From Eledone cirrhosa (lineage: Eukaryota): a stretch of 64,000 nucleotides of DNA. The translations under genes were made by a program, and so were the position numbers. Positions 1 to 12,544 of this stretch are shown one piece after another. Numbering within the stretch: position 1 is the stretch's first letter; every line of letters starts with the position of its first letter. The DNA lies in NCBI GenBank assembly GCA_964016885.1, contig OZ024763.1, positions 23,932,001-23,996,000 of the forward strand. Direction: 5' to 3'. A model generated the notes under the pieces. That model made no database searches and had not been told where the DNA came from. It worked only from the letters and a program-made list of their open reading frames with translations.

Positions 1-3000
1 TACAGCCATCACAACCACAACCATCACCAGTACAACCATCACCACTACAGCCATCAATACTACAACCATCACCACCACAACCATCACCACCACAGCCATC
101 ACCACTACAGCCATCACCACTACAACCATCACAACCACAACCATCACCACTACAGCCATCACCACTACAACCATCACCACTACAGCCATCACCACTACAA
201 CCATCACCACTCCAACCATCACCACTACAGCCATCACCACTACAGCCATCACAACCACAACCATCACCACTCCAACCATCACCACTACAGCCATCACCAC
301 TACAACCATCACCACTACAGCCATCACCACTACAGCCATGACCACTACAGCCATCACCACTACAACCATCACCACCACAGCCATCACCACTACAGCCATC
401 ACCACTACAATCATCACCACTACAACCATCACCACCACAGCCATCACCACTACAGCCATCACCACCAGAGCCATCACCACTACAACCATCACCACTACAA
501 CCATCACCACCACAACCATCACCACTACACCCATCACCACCACAGCCATCACCACTACAGCCATCACCACTACAGCCATCACCACTACAACCATCACCAC
601 TACAACCATCACCACTACAACCATCACCACTACAGCCATCACCACTACAACCATCACCACTACAGCCATCACCACTACAGCCATCACCACCACAACCATC
701 ACCACTACAACCATCACCACTACAACCATCACCACTACAGCCATCACCATTACAGCCATCACCACCACAGCCATCACCACTACAACCATCACCACTACAA
801 CCATCACCACTACAGCCATCACCACTACAGCCATCACCACCACAACCATCACCACTACAGCCATCACCACTACAACCATCACCACTACAGCCATCACCAC
901 TACAACCATCACCACTACAGCCATCACCACTACAACCATCACCACTACAACCATCACAACCACAACCATCACCACTACAGCCATCACCACCACAACCATT
1001 ACCTCTACAGCCATCACCACTACAACCATCACCACTACAACCATCACCACTACAGCCATCACCACTACAACCATCACCACTACAACCATCAACACCACAA
1101 CCATCACAACCATCACCACTACAGCCACCACCACTACAGCCATCACCACTACAGCCATCACCACCACAACCATCACCACTACAGCCATCACCACTACAAC
1201 CATCACCACTACAGCCATCACCACCACAACCATCACCACTACAACCATCACCACTACAGCCATCACCACTACAGCCATCACCACTACAACCATCACCACT
1301 ACAGCCATCACCATCACAACCATCACCACTACAACCATCACCACTACAGCCATCACCACTACAGCCATCACCACCACAACCATCACCACTACAACCATCA
1401 CCACTACAACCATCACCACTACAGCCATCACCATTACAGCCATCACCACCACAGCCATCACCACTACAACCATCACCACTACAACCATCACCACTACAGC
1501 CATCACCACTACAGCCATCAACACCACAACCATCACAACCATCACCACTACAACCATCACCGCTACAGCCATCACCGCTACAACCATCACCACTACAACC
1601 ATCACCACTACAGCCATCACCACTACAACCATCACCACTACAGCCATCACCACTACAGCCATCACCACTACAGCCATCACCACTACAACCATCACCACTA
1701 CAGCCATCACCACTACAACCATCACCACTACAGCCATCACCACTACAACCATCACCACTACAACCATCAACACCACAACCATCACCACTACAACCATCAC
1801 CACTACAGCCATCACCACTACAACCATCACCACTACAGTCATCACCACTACAACCATCACCACTACAACCATCAACACCACAACCATCACCACTACAGCC
1901 ATCACCACTACAGCCATCACCACTACAGCCATCACCACTACAGCCATCACCACTACAACCATCACCACTACAGCCATCACCACTACAACCATCACCACTA
2001 CAGCCATCACCACTACAACCATCACTACTACAGCCATCACCACTACAACCATCACCACCACAACCATCACCACTACAGCCATCACCACTACAGCCATCAC
2101 TACTACAACCATCACCACTACAGCCATCACCACTACAACCCTCACCACTACAACCATCACCACCACAACCATCACCACTACAACCATCACCACTACAGCC
2201 ATCACCACTACAACCATCACCACTACAACCATCACCACCACAACCATCACCACTACAACCATCACCACTACAGCCATCACCACTACAACCATCACCACTA
2301 CAGCCATCACCACTACAACCATCACCACCACAACCATCACCACTACAACCATCACCACTACAGCCATCACCACTACAACCATCACCACTACAACCATCAC
2401 CACCACAACCATCACCACTACAACCATCACCACTACAGCCATCACCACTACAACCATCACCACTACAGCCATCACCACTACAACCATCACCACCACAACC
2501 ATCACCACCACAACCATCACCACTACAACCATCACCACTACAGCCATCACCACTACAGCCATCACCACTACAGCCATCACCACTACAGCCATCACCACTA
2601 CAGCCATCACCACTACAACCATCACCACTACAGCCATCACCACTACAACCATCACCACTGCAACCATCACCACTACAACCATCACCACTACAACCATCAC
2701 CACCACAACCATCACCACTACAACCATCACCACTACAGCCATCACCACTACAGCCATCACCACTACAGCCATCACCACTACAACCATCACCACTACAACC
2801 ATCACCACTACAGCCATCACCACTACAGCCATCACCACTACAACCATCACCACTACAGCCATCACCACTACAACCATCACCACTGCAACCATCACCACTA
2901 CAACCATCACCACTACAACCATCACCACCACAACCATCACCACTACAACCATCACCACTACAGCCATCACCACTACAGCCATCACCACTACAGCCATCAC

Positions 3001-4130
3001 CACTACAGCCATCACCACTACAGCCATCACCACTACAGCCATCACCACTACAACCATCACCACTACAGCCATCACCACTACAACCATCACCACTACAACC
3101 ATCACCATTACAACCATCACCACTACAACCATCACCACTACAGCCATCACCACTACAACCACCACCACTACAACCATCACCACTACAGCCATCACCACTA
3201 CAACCATCACCACTACAACCATCACCATTACAGCCATCACCACTACAACCATCACCACTACAGCCATCACCACCACAACCATCACCACCACAACCATCAC
3301 CACTACAACCATCACCACTACAGCCATCACCACTACAGCCATCACCACTACAACCATCACCACTACAGCCATCACCACTACAGCCATCACCACCACAACC
3401 ATCACCACTACAGCCATCACCACTACAACCATCACCACTACAGCCATCACCACTACAACCATCACCACTACAGCCATCACCACCACAACCATCACCACTA
3501 CAGCCATCACCACTACAGCCATCACCACTACAGCCATCACCACCACAGCCATCACCACCACAACCATCACCACTACAACCATCACCACTACAGCCATCAC
3601 CACCACAACCATCACCACCACAACCATCACCACTACAACCATCACCACTACAGCCATCACCACTACAACCATCACCACTACAGCCATCACCACTACAGCC
3701 ATCACCACCACAACCATCACCACTACAACAATCACCACTACAACCATCACCACTACAGCCATCACCACCACAACCATCACCACTACAGCCATCACCACTA
3801 CAACCATCACCACTACAACCATCACCACTACAACCATCACCGCCACAACTATCACCACCACAACCATCACCACCACAACCATCACCACCACAACCATCAC
3901 CACCACACCATCACCACTACAACCATCACCACTACAACCATCACCACCACACCATCACCACTACAACCATCACCACTACAACACTAAAACCATCACCATC
4001 AACAACAATCACCACCACCACCACCACCACAACACTCACCACTACAACCACCACCACTACATCAACAACACCACTACAACCACTACCACCACCACAAACA
4101 ACACCACTACAACCACCACTACCACATTTA
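1..4130. repeat. 15-bp minisatellite (ACCATCACCACTACA / GCCATCACCACTACA), decaying into (CAC/CAA)n
   Basis: Hundreds of near-perfect 15-mers; the 1278-aa Thr/Ile/Ala ORF is simply its translation. Confidence 0.97.
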
Positions 4131-4229
4131 CCCTTATTAAACAAATACTACAAAATCAATATATTTTTTGGTAAAAATCAATCAGGGAGATCAGATGATC
4201 AAAGTGAAAATATAGAATTGATGAATGGG

Positions 4230-4748
4230 TTGTGGTAGTGTTAGTGGTAGTAGACAGATGTATATGTGGTAGTGGTAGTGGTAGTAGACAGATGTATAAG
4301 TGGTAGTGGTAGTAGACAGATGTATATGTGGTAGTGGCAGTAGACAGATGTATAAGTGGTAGTGGTAGTAGACAGAAGTATATGTGGTAGTGTTAGTGGT
4401 AGTAGACAGATGTATATGTGGTAGTGTTAGTGGTAGTAGACAGATGTATGTAGTGGTGGTAGTAGACAGATGTATGTGGTGGTAGTGGTAGTGTTAGTAG
4501 ACAGATGTGGTAGTGGTGGTGGTAGTGTTAGTGGTAGAGGTAGTAGACAGATGTATGTGGTGGTAGTGGTAGTGGTAGAGGTAGTAGACAGATGTATGTG
4601 GTGGTAGTGGTAGAGGTATTAGACAGATAATGTGGTGGTAGTGGTAGTGTTAATAGACAGATGTGGTAGGGGTAGTGGTAGTGGTGCTGGTAGTGTTTGT
4701 GGTAGAGGTAGTAGACAGGTGTATGTGTGGTAGTGGTAGCAAACAGAT
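4230..4748. repeat. Degenerate ~25-35-bp minisatellite GTAGTAGACAGATGTAT+(GTG/GTA)n
   Basis: Recurring GTAGACAGATGT marker separated by variable GTGGTA runs. Confidence 0.9.
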
Positions 4749-4790
4749 GTGATTTGAACTCAAGAATTTTATATTCTCCAAGTGAGAAAC

Positions 4791-4872
4791 GCCTTCTGAC
4801 GATGATCTCCTTCTCAATGAAAATCCGCTTGGATTATCTATTTATTTTGAGATCAGAAACCGTGGTAAAGGC
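4791..4872 (+). ncRNA. Type I hammerhead ribozyme, minimal stem III
   Basis: GCCTT-CTGACGA-TGATCTC...GAGATCA-GAAAC-CGTG-GTA-AAGGC: stems I and II pair, core intact, predicted cleavage after 4867. Confidence 0.85.
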
Positions 4873-5264
4873 ACATATAGTAAGTACAGTGAATTTTTGA
4901 AATTTATTTAAAATCTTTTTCTCTATTTGCTAAACCTTGATTTTATATGTTCTGGCTTGTTAATTTATTAACTTGCCATTGGCATACGGTTGGACAATAC
5001 TTGTATCCCTATGTGTATTTTTTACATGTAGGAACACATACTTTTATTATTATTACTCACCCCTATGGTTGAGAAACCTTTGGTCGTTTGAATGGCTGCT
5101 ATTTTTAGTAGCAGGACATTGACCTGTCTGCCTTGCTTTCAGTCTTTGCACACAGCACTAGAAAAAATTGTTTATTCTCTCATTCACTCTCATTCAGGAA
5201 CAGTTTTGTATGGTGCCAGTTTGTGATTTGAACTCAAGAATTTTATATTCTCCAAGTGAGAAAC

Positions 5265-5346
5265 GCCTTCTGACGATGATCTCCTTCTCAATGAAAATCC
5301 GCTTGGATTATCTATTTATTTTGAGATCGGAAACCATGGTAAAGGC
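5265..5346 (+). ncRNA. Type I hammerhead ribozyme, palindromic stem III (ACCATGGT)
   Basis: GCCTT-CTGACGA-TGATCTC...GAGATCG-GAAAC-CATG-GTA-AAGGC; predicted cleavage after 5341. Confidence 0.88.
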
Positions 5347-5707
5347 ACATATAGTAAGGACAGTGAATTTTTTGAAATTTATTTAAAAACTTTTTCTCTA
5401 TCTTTAAAACTTTTGGTACACTATCATCAGATAAAATACAATATATATATGTGTGTATTCTAGTACGTGTGGGTGCTTAATCCGAAGTGTGAGCAGACGT
5501 GTGAAGTACTGAACCCAGCATGACTCCATTGAAATGTGTCGGACGGAAAATGGTTGATGAACCGTGTGGCAGCAGATGCTGACCAGAACTTGTGATGACG
5601 TGGAGTAAAAACAGCCAATGGCATGACAAGAGTGGAATTAGGGTTTTTTGAGGGTGTTGTTTTGATGATAACACCCCAGTGATAAAATTTGCTCTGGACG
5701 TAACACC

Positions 5708-5798
5708 CGTGTCTGAAAGAACCCGCAGAAGTAGAATCAGCCAGATCCATACAAGGACCATGACTCGAGCTACATGCCGGCGAAACATTTGTAACACG
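5708..5798 (+). ncRNA. Degenerate hammerhead ribozyme in a ~470-bp TA-flanked element
   Basis: CGTGT-CTGAAAGA (1-nt core insertion)...GAAAC-ATTT-GTA-ACACG; stem I perfect, stem II imperfect. Confidence 0.55.
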
Positions 5799-5951
5799 AA
5801 ATAAACTAAGTCCAGATGCACCACTGATTTTTCATTTCTTTATAATATCTACACGCTACTCTGATGAATATCGAGTGCTAATTTTGGCATACCGCCTATG
5901 GAAGCACCATAGCTACCACTATACACAACTATATATATAGATAGATTGATA

Positions 5952-6082
5952 TAGAAGTGGTAACACAACAGTTAGTTCACCATACTGATAACAATTGTTT
6001 CACCTCAGTGGATCTTCACCTCGTACTGGTTATGGTTATACGGAACAGGTATGGTGAACTAACTGGTGTGTTACCACTTCTA
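5952..6082. repeat. Inverted repeat (~35-bp arms)
   Basis: TAGAAGTGGTAACACAACAGTTAGTTCACCATAC ... GTATGGTGAACTAACTGGTGTGTTACCACTTCTA. Confidence 0.85.
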
Positions 6083-6174
6083 CCTAACTCGCCCCATGGA
6101 CTGAGTACTCTACCACCACAGATATTACCTTCAGTGTTCTACCTCCATATAAATATATATATATATATGTGTGT

Positions 6175-6535
6175 GTTTCGTTGAGCAAGACACTTTATTT
6201 CACATTGCTCCAATTTACTCAGCTGTAGAAATGAGATGATAGGACTGCGGTCCCTATCATTCCACTGCAAAGAGGTCGTGGAGGTGCCACCTCAAAAAAA
6301 GCACCCAGCACTCACTGTAAAGTGGACGTGTAGGTGCCATGGCAAAAAACAAAAAAGCACCCAGCACTCACTGTAAAGTGGTTGTGGAGGTGCCACGGAA
6401 AAAAAGCACCTAGCACTCACTGTAAATGAGGTTGGTGTTAGGAAGGGCATCCAGTTGTAGAAATCAAGCCAGAATCAGTTCCCTTCCCACCCTTGCAAGC
6501 AGGGAAAAGCGGACGTAAAATGATTATGATGATAT
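6175..6535 (+). mobile_element. SINE family A, 5'-truncated, with internal triplication
   Basis: Matches body and tail of the copy at 61809-62152; GCACCCAGCACTCACTGTAAA unit occurs three times. Confidence 0.85.
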
Positions 6536-6559
6536 ATAGACACACATATATATATATAT

Positions 6560-6633
<74 letters not shown>

Positions 6634-6819
6634 GTATTTGACCAGCCACCCCCAGTACACAGACCTTTCACAGCCCCAGGTTTAGATACATTTGTCTCCA
6701 AAGATTACAGTTCACAAATGTTTTCTAAACTAAACAACTTCCTAGAAAAGCTTGGCAATGAAATATTTACAGCATTGAACAGTGTTTTGGCAATATTTGC
6801 CTCACAGCTGGAGGCAAGT

Positions 6820-7191
6820 GTATATATGTGTGTGTATGTGTGTATATATATATATGTATGTGTATGTATATATATACATATACATACATACATATATATA
6901 CATATACATACATATACATACATATATATCTAGATGTATATATATGTATATGTATATATATATATGTGTGTATATATCTATATGTATATATATATATATA
7001 TAGATATATACACACATATATATATATACATATACAGATATATATACATATAGATATATACACATATACGTATATATACATATAGATATATACACATATA
7101 TATATGCATATAGATATATACACATATATATATATACACACACACACATATATATATATATACATACATATATATATACACACACACTCAC

Positions 7192-7238
<47 letters not shown>

Positions 7239-7405
7239 AATCATTATCTACATGTATAAACATGTCATTTATTAGCAGGAGTGTGTGTTTATCAATGTAT
7301 AATTAATACATGGCTTGAGTATATACACGCATAATTTTATACATCTATAAATAATAGATCATGTATGTGGTATATAAATACATGTGTATGAATATAAGTG
7401 GTTGT

Positions 7406-7452
<47 letters not shown>
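6820..7452. repeat. (TA)n/(CA)n/(TG)n microsatellite tract
   Basis: Direct inspection. Confidence 0.9.
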
Positions 7453-7455
<3 letters not shown>

Positions 7456-9942
7456 TCATCATCATCATCACCCTTTTACGTCCGTTCTTCCACGCTAGCA
7501 TGGGTTAGACGGGTTGTCCTGTTGTGTGCAGTGTCTGGTCGGTTGACCATGCCTTGCTCATACAGGAACTGATCTGGCTTGATTTCTACAGCTGGATGCC
7601 CTTCCTAACACCAACCTCATTTACAGTGAGTGCTGGGTGCTTTTTCGTGGCACCTACACGTCCACTTTACAGTGTGGGCTGGGGGCTTTTTTGCCGTGGC
7701 ACCTCCACGACCACCTTGCGGTGGGGGGTGTGGGGGCATATTGTTTATATGCTTCAGCATGTACCCATGGGAGGTCGGGTACTCTGTATTACTGCGTGAC
7801 GCCAGAAGTCACAGTCGTGTGTCATTGTCTTTGAGAGGTGTAATTGGGTAAGGTCGGCTTTTATCACCTCATCCCAGGTCATCTTGGGTCTCCCCACTCC
7901 GCGGTTTCCATCAACTTCTAGTGCTCTGCACCTTTTTATGCAGCTGTCATCCTTCATACGCATCACATGTCCATACCAGCGCAACCGCCTCTCCTGCACA
8001 CAGCATTTGATTCCTCTTATGCTCAGTCTCTCTCTCAATTCATTTATGCTTTGTCGTTCACGTATATTACTGTTACACATCCATCGGAGCATGCAGGCTT
8101 TGTTTCTCTCTAATCTACGTAAGTCTTCCACCTTCAGCGCCCAGGTCTCACTACCATGCAACATCGCTGTTCGGATACACGCATCATACAGTCTGCCTTT
8201 CATTCTGAGGGAGAAGCCTTTTGCAGCTAGCAGTGGTAGTAGTTCCCTAAACTTCTTCCATCCCATTCTTACCCTAGTTATTGTACTTTCTGAACACCCA
8301 CCTCCGTTGCTAATTCGGTCACCTAGGTAGCAGAAGCTGTCTACTGTTTCTACAGGGCCCTCCCAGAGATTGGTGGTACTTGTTTCCTGTGGCTGTTTGC
8401 TGCTTGCTGTTTCAGCACAGCTGCTGCATGTGAATCCTACATTCTTAATTAAGCTTCCTGAGATCCCGCTACATCTCTTGTGTACCCATTGTTTGCATTT
8501 GGGGCAGAGAATGGAGTTCCTACCTACACCTTTCCTACATACTGAGCAAGGCCATTTCCCTGAGGGGATCTGGGTTCTGTTTTCTCGTCTACTTACAAGG
8601 ACCTTAGTCTTGGTCATGTTGACTTTGAGACCCTTTCTCTCTAGTCCCTGCTTCCAGGTTTGGAATTTATTCTCTAGTTCTACCATAGATTCAGCTATGA
8701 GTGCGAGGTCATCAGCATACAGGAGTTCCCATGGGCATCCGGTCTTAAACTCCTCCGTTATTGCCTGCAGGACTATGATGAACAGGAGAGGGCTAAGAAC
8801 AGAGCCCTGGTGGACCCCAACCTGTACGCTAAATTCCTCGCTATACTCATTGCTAATCCTAACTTTGCTGACTGCTCCCCTATACATGGCTTGTACCGCT
8901 TTCACAAGCCATTCATCTACTCCTAGTTTTCTAAGAGCCCACCAGATTACAGCAGGTGGAACTCTGTCAAAGGCTTTCTCAAGGTCGACAAATGCCAAGT
9001 AGAGTGGCTTACTTTTAGCTAGGTACTTTTCCTGTAATTGCCTCACAAGGAAGAGGGCATCAGTGGTGCTTCTTCCTGGTACAAACCCAAATTGCATCTC
9101 GTCTATATTCACCCGGTCCCTAATCAGCTGTGCTATAACTCTTTCTGTTACTTTCATGACCTGGTCCATCAACTTTATACCTCTATAGTTTCCTCTATCT
9201 TGTGCATCGCCTTTGCCTTTGTAGCAGTTGACAATGATGCTACTGCACCAATCTTTTGGTATGGCCCCTTCTAGTATTACCTGGTTAACGATACGTGTGG
9301 TTATAGTGTGACCTACAGACCCAGATGCCTTCAGCATCTCGGCAGCTATACCCAATGGACCGGTTGCCTTCCCCATCTTCATATCTTTGATTGCCTTACT
9401 TACTACGCTGCTGCTGACTTGTACTGCTGGTCCCTCTATAGGGTCTACTTGGGGTAGGGTCTCTTCTTCCCATGCATTCTCCTCATTTAGTAATCTATCA
9501 TAATGACTCTTCCATGCATCTTTCTTCTCAGCGCTTGTGAGGGTAGCTCACCTTTATCATTCCGGATACACTTCTCTCCAATGACATCACAACTATCTCT
9601 GACACACTGCCTCGCAATCTTGAATACCTCCCGTTTCTGGTCCTCACGTTGTAAAACATGCTTGAATTTTCTATCCTCTGCTTCCCTCCTAGCTAAGTAT
9701 ACTTGTCGCCTAGCTTCCCTCTTGGTCTCTATGTAATGTACCCTGCTCCCCCCGTTCTTCCATTCTTTCCATGCCTGTCTCTTGGCCTTAACTGCTTCAT
9801 CTACCTTATTGTTCCACCACCAAGTCACTCTCCTCCTGCTTGAGGTCTTACTCCAGCCACAGATCTCATCCGTCGCCTCTAGTAAGTTATTTTTTAGGAA
9901 CTCCCAGTTCTCTTCTACCTTAAATGTCTCTATCTGTTCCTC
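7453..9942 (-). mobile_element. RTE-clade LINE, 5'-truncated, one frameshift near 9490
   Basis: RT motifs [27 protein letters not shown]; RLRWYGHV and RGxGRP C-terminus; (GAT)n tail at 7453-7470; 5' end abuts (TA)n. Confidence 0.95.
7754..9382 (-). CDS. RTE reverse transcriptase (partial) with embedded PHD-like finger
   Basis: 542-aa ORF with complete RT core and CxxC..CxxC..HxxC..CxxC insertion. Confidence 0.9.
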   Translation of the reverse strand: MKMGKATGPLGIAAEMLKASGSVGHTITTRIVNQVILEGAIPKDWCSSIIVNCYKGKGDAQDRGNYRGIKLMDQVMKVTERVIAQLIRDRVNIDEMQFGFVPGRSTTDALFLVRQLQEKYLAKSKPLYLAFVDLEKAFDRVPPAVIWWALRKLGVDEWLVKAVQAMYRGAVSKVRISNEYSEEFSVQVGVHQGSVLSPLLFIIVLQAITEEFKTGCPWELLYADDLALIAESMVELENKFQTWKQGLERKGLKVNMTKTKVLVSRRENRTQIPSGKWPCSVCRKGVGRNSILCPKCKQWVHKRCSGISGSLIKNVGFTCSSCAETASSKQPQETSTTNLWEGPVETVDSFCYLGDRISNGGGCSESTITRVRMGWKKFRELLPLLAAKGFSLRMKGRLYDACIRTAMLHGSETWALKVEDLRRLERNKACMLRWMCNSNIRERQSINELRERLSIRGIKCCVQERRLRWYGHVMRMKDDSCIKRCRALEVDGNRGVGRPKMTWDEVIKADLTQLHLSKTMTHDCDFWRHAVIQSTRPPMGTC

Positions 9943-9955
9943 TATATATATATAC

Positions 9956-9993
<38 letters not shown>

Positions 9994-10260
9994 ATATATA
10001 TATATATATGTGTATACGACCTTATGTGCATGTGTGCATATGTGTTTCTGTGTATGTATACACTTTCTGTGCAACTACGTGTATGTATACATGTGTATAT
10101 GTGCGTGTGCGCATATGTGCAACTATGTGTGAATAAGGGATTGGTTGCACGTAAATGTGTGTATGCTTAGGTATAAATAATAGAGTGTGTTAATGCTTGT
10201 GCACACACACACACACACATATATGTATATATATATATACACACACATATATATATATAT

Positions 10261-10337
<77 letters not shown>

Positions 10338-10394
10338 TATATATATATATATACACACATATATATACACATATATACACACATATATATACAC

Positions 10395-10427
<33 letters not shown>

Positions 10428-10500
10428 TATATATACACATATATATATATATATATACACATATATATATATACACACACACATATATATATATATACAT
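9943..10500. repeat. (TA)n/(CA)n microsatellite tract
   Basis: Direct inspection. Confidence 0.9.
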
Positions 10501-10709
10501 AATCAATATACTATTTAAAGTGTTTATGTGTGTATTTACGCATCTATTAAGCAGTGAATGTTTATATGTGGATGTGTGTGTGTGTGTGTGTGTGTATCAT
10601 CATCATCATTATCATCATATTACGTCCGCTTTCCCCTGTTTGCAAGGGTGCGACAGATCTTATTAAGCACAGCATCTCTCCATTCGTCACAGTCCTTTGT
10701 TACGGTCTC

Positions 10710-10855
10710 CACCAGTGTATTACTGGTACTTTATTTTATCGACCCCCGTAAGGATGAAAGGCAAAGTTAACCTCGGAGGGATTTGAATGGAAAGGGCCGT
10801 AACTCTATGCTCCAAAGCATGACGTCCAACCCTCTACCAATACTGCCACTTGGCA
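10710..10855 (-). mobile_element. SINE family B
   Basis: Reverse complement of the head and core at 36135-36285. Confidence 0.8.
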
Positions 10856-11054
10856 GGATATATACTCCAAACACAAATGGTTTATATACATGCAAACGTG
10901 CAAACATTTGTAGGTGTATATGCGTTTGTGTGTGTGTGTGTGAAGGGCTCGACCCTTGAAGAGAAGATGGGCACTGCTAAACATTTCTAAGGACAACTGA
11001 ATCAACATTCTTGGTTTGTCTTCCTTTTAAATATATATATATATGTCAACTCTG

Positions 11055-11462
11055 GATGTCAGTGAGCAAGTCCAGTTAACCTCAGTCTCCTCTGTGTCAC
11101 TTTTGAGCTCACTTTTGGGATGCTCCCATACAGCTCTGAGATTTTCATCCTCAGTGTATACTGATTAATGTTCAGAGCCATCCTCAGCATTCTCGTGTAG
11201 CACCCATCCACCATCTGAGTGAGTTTCTTGGTCAGTGTCCAAGTCACAGACCCGTACAGCAGCACAGACTCCACTACAGCAATGAAGAGGCGGATTTTCA
11301 GGTCTTTACACTAGAAGAGGAAGACCAAGGTTAACGTATGTTGATGCCCTAAGGACAGACACTGGTCTGTTGGAGACGCAGGACATGGCAGCGATAATGA
11401 GGGACAGAGACCGCTGGAGAGAACTCGTCCATGGATCTCGGGAATTTTACTCGCCCTAGAAA
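11055..11462. mobile_element. Second RTE-like LINE family: 3' end (+, 11308-11462) with an inverted upstream fragment (-, 11055-11307)
   Basis: Minus: ESVLLYGSVTWTLT...YTRMLR...RRLRLTGL; plus: RRGRPRLTYVD...DRDRWR. Confidence 0.8.
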
Positions 11463-11473
11463 ATATATATATA

Positions 11474-11592
11474 GACAGTCCTATGCGAGCAAGACAACCA
11501 CTCTTGCCTCAAGTGGGAAAACCCCCGTCCAAACCCATGCAAGCGTGGAACACGGACGCTAAACCTGATGATGATGATGATGATGATGATGA
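11474..11592 (+). mobile_element. RTE 3' tail fragment
   Basis: Near-identical to 54810-54920, ending in (GAT)n. Confidence 0.8.
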
Positions 11593-11840
11593 TATATATA
11601 ACTACAAACATTTGTATGTGTATATATACATATACATATATATAACTAACAAAGGTTTGCATGTGTGTATACATATATTTATACATACATATGTATATAC
11701 ACATATTATCACCGTTTTACGTCCGTTCTTCCATGCTGGCATGGGTTAGACAAGTGTTGGCGCATATGTATATGTATGGAGAGCACTCAATACTTAGGGT
11801 AGTAGAGTGGGTAATAGGAAAAGTTGTAGAACCCCAACAA

Positions 11841-11911
11841 CTGAGCTCCGGCCGTATCGACAGCTAGATCCGAACAGTTCGGATCTAGCTGTCGAAACAG
11901 CCGGAGCTCAG
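11841..11911. repeat. Near-perfect palindrome containing a hammerhead 3' half
   Basis: CTGAGCTCCGGCCGTATCGACAGCTAGATCCGAAC-A-GTTCGGATCTAGCTGTCGAAACAGCCGGAGCTCAG, followed by CCGTC. Confidence 0.85.
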
Positions 11912-11959
11912 CCGTCAGGGTCCTGACTCTTTTCATATATATATATATATGTATATATA

Positions 11960-12220
11960 TGACCGGTGATGTGTTGTTTCCTTGAGCAAGACACTTTATT
12001 TCACATTGCTCCAGTTTACTCAGCTGTAGAAATGAGATGATAGGACTGGGGTCCATATCATTCCACTGCAAAGTGGTCGTGGAGGTGCCACGGCAAAAAA
12101 GCACCCAGCACTCACTGTAAATGAGGTTGGTGTTAGGAAGGGCATCCAGCTGTAGAAATCAAGCCAGAATCAGTTCCTGTTCTCCACACTTGCAAGTAGG
12201 GAAAAGTGGACGTAAAATGA

Positions 12221-12224
<4 letters not shown>
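11960..12224 (+). mobile_element. SINE family A, headless
   Basis: Matches 34530-34740 and 61877-62140. Confidence 0.85.
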
Positions 12225-12282
<58 letters not shown>

Positions 12283-12544
12283 CATATCATAAATCATGTC
12301 CTTAGAATTATTAGATAAAACATATACAATTTCCTCTCCCAATTAGCATAATTAACCATATATTATTTAATTTATTAATTCTTCATTGAGCCACATCGTG
12401 AACAGATGCCACATATATATCTGTGACTTTATGTATATGTAAATCTTTATATATATATATATATATCATCATCATCATCATCATCATCATTTTACGTCTG
12501 CTTTTCCCTGCTTGCAAGGGTATAAACTTGTATGTCAGCCAGTG

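Larger units (their letters stand above)
4748..5450 (+). mobile_element. Non-coding partial-tandem element with two hammerhead ribozymes (retrozyme / Penelope pLTR-like)
   Basis: ~175-bp direct repeat at 4748 and 5222 (offset 474), each containing a hammerhead; ends at (TA)n. Confidence 0.8.

Noticed and set aside
338-4174. 1278-aa mucin-like Thr-rich ORF
   Set aside because: Pure 15-bp minisatellite; no signal peptide, unique domain or splice signals; the ATG is a single repeat variant
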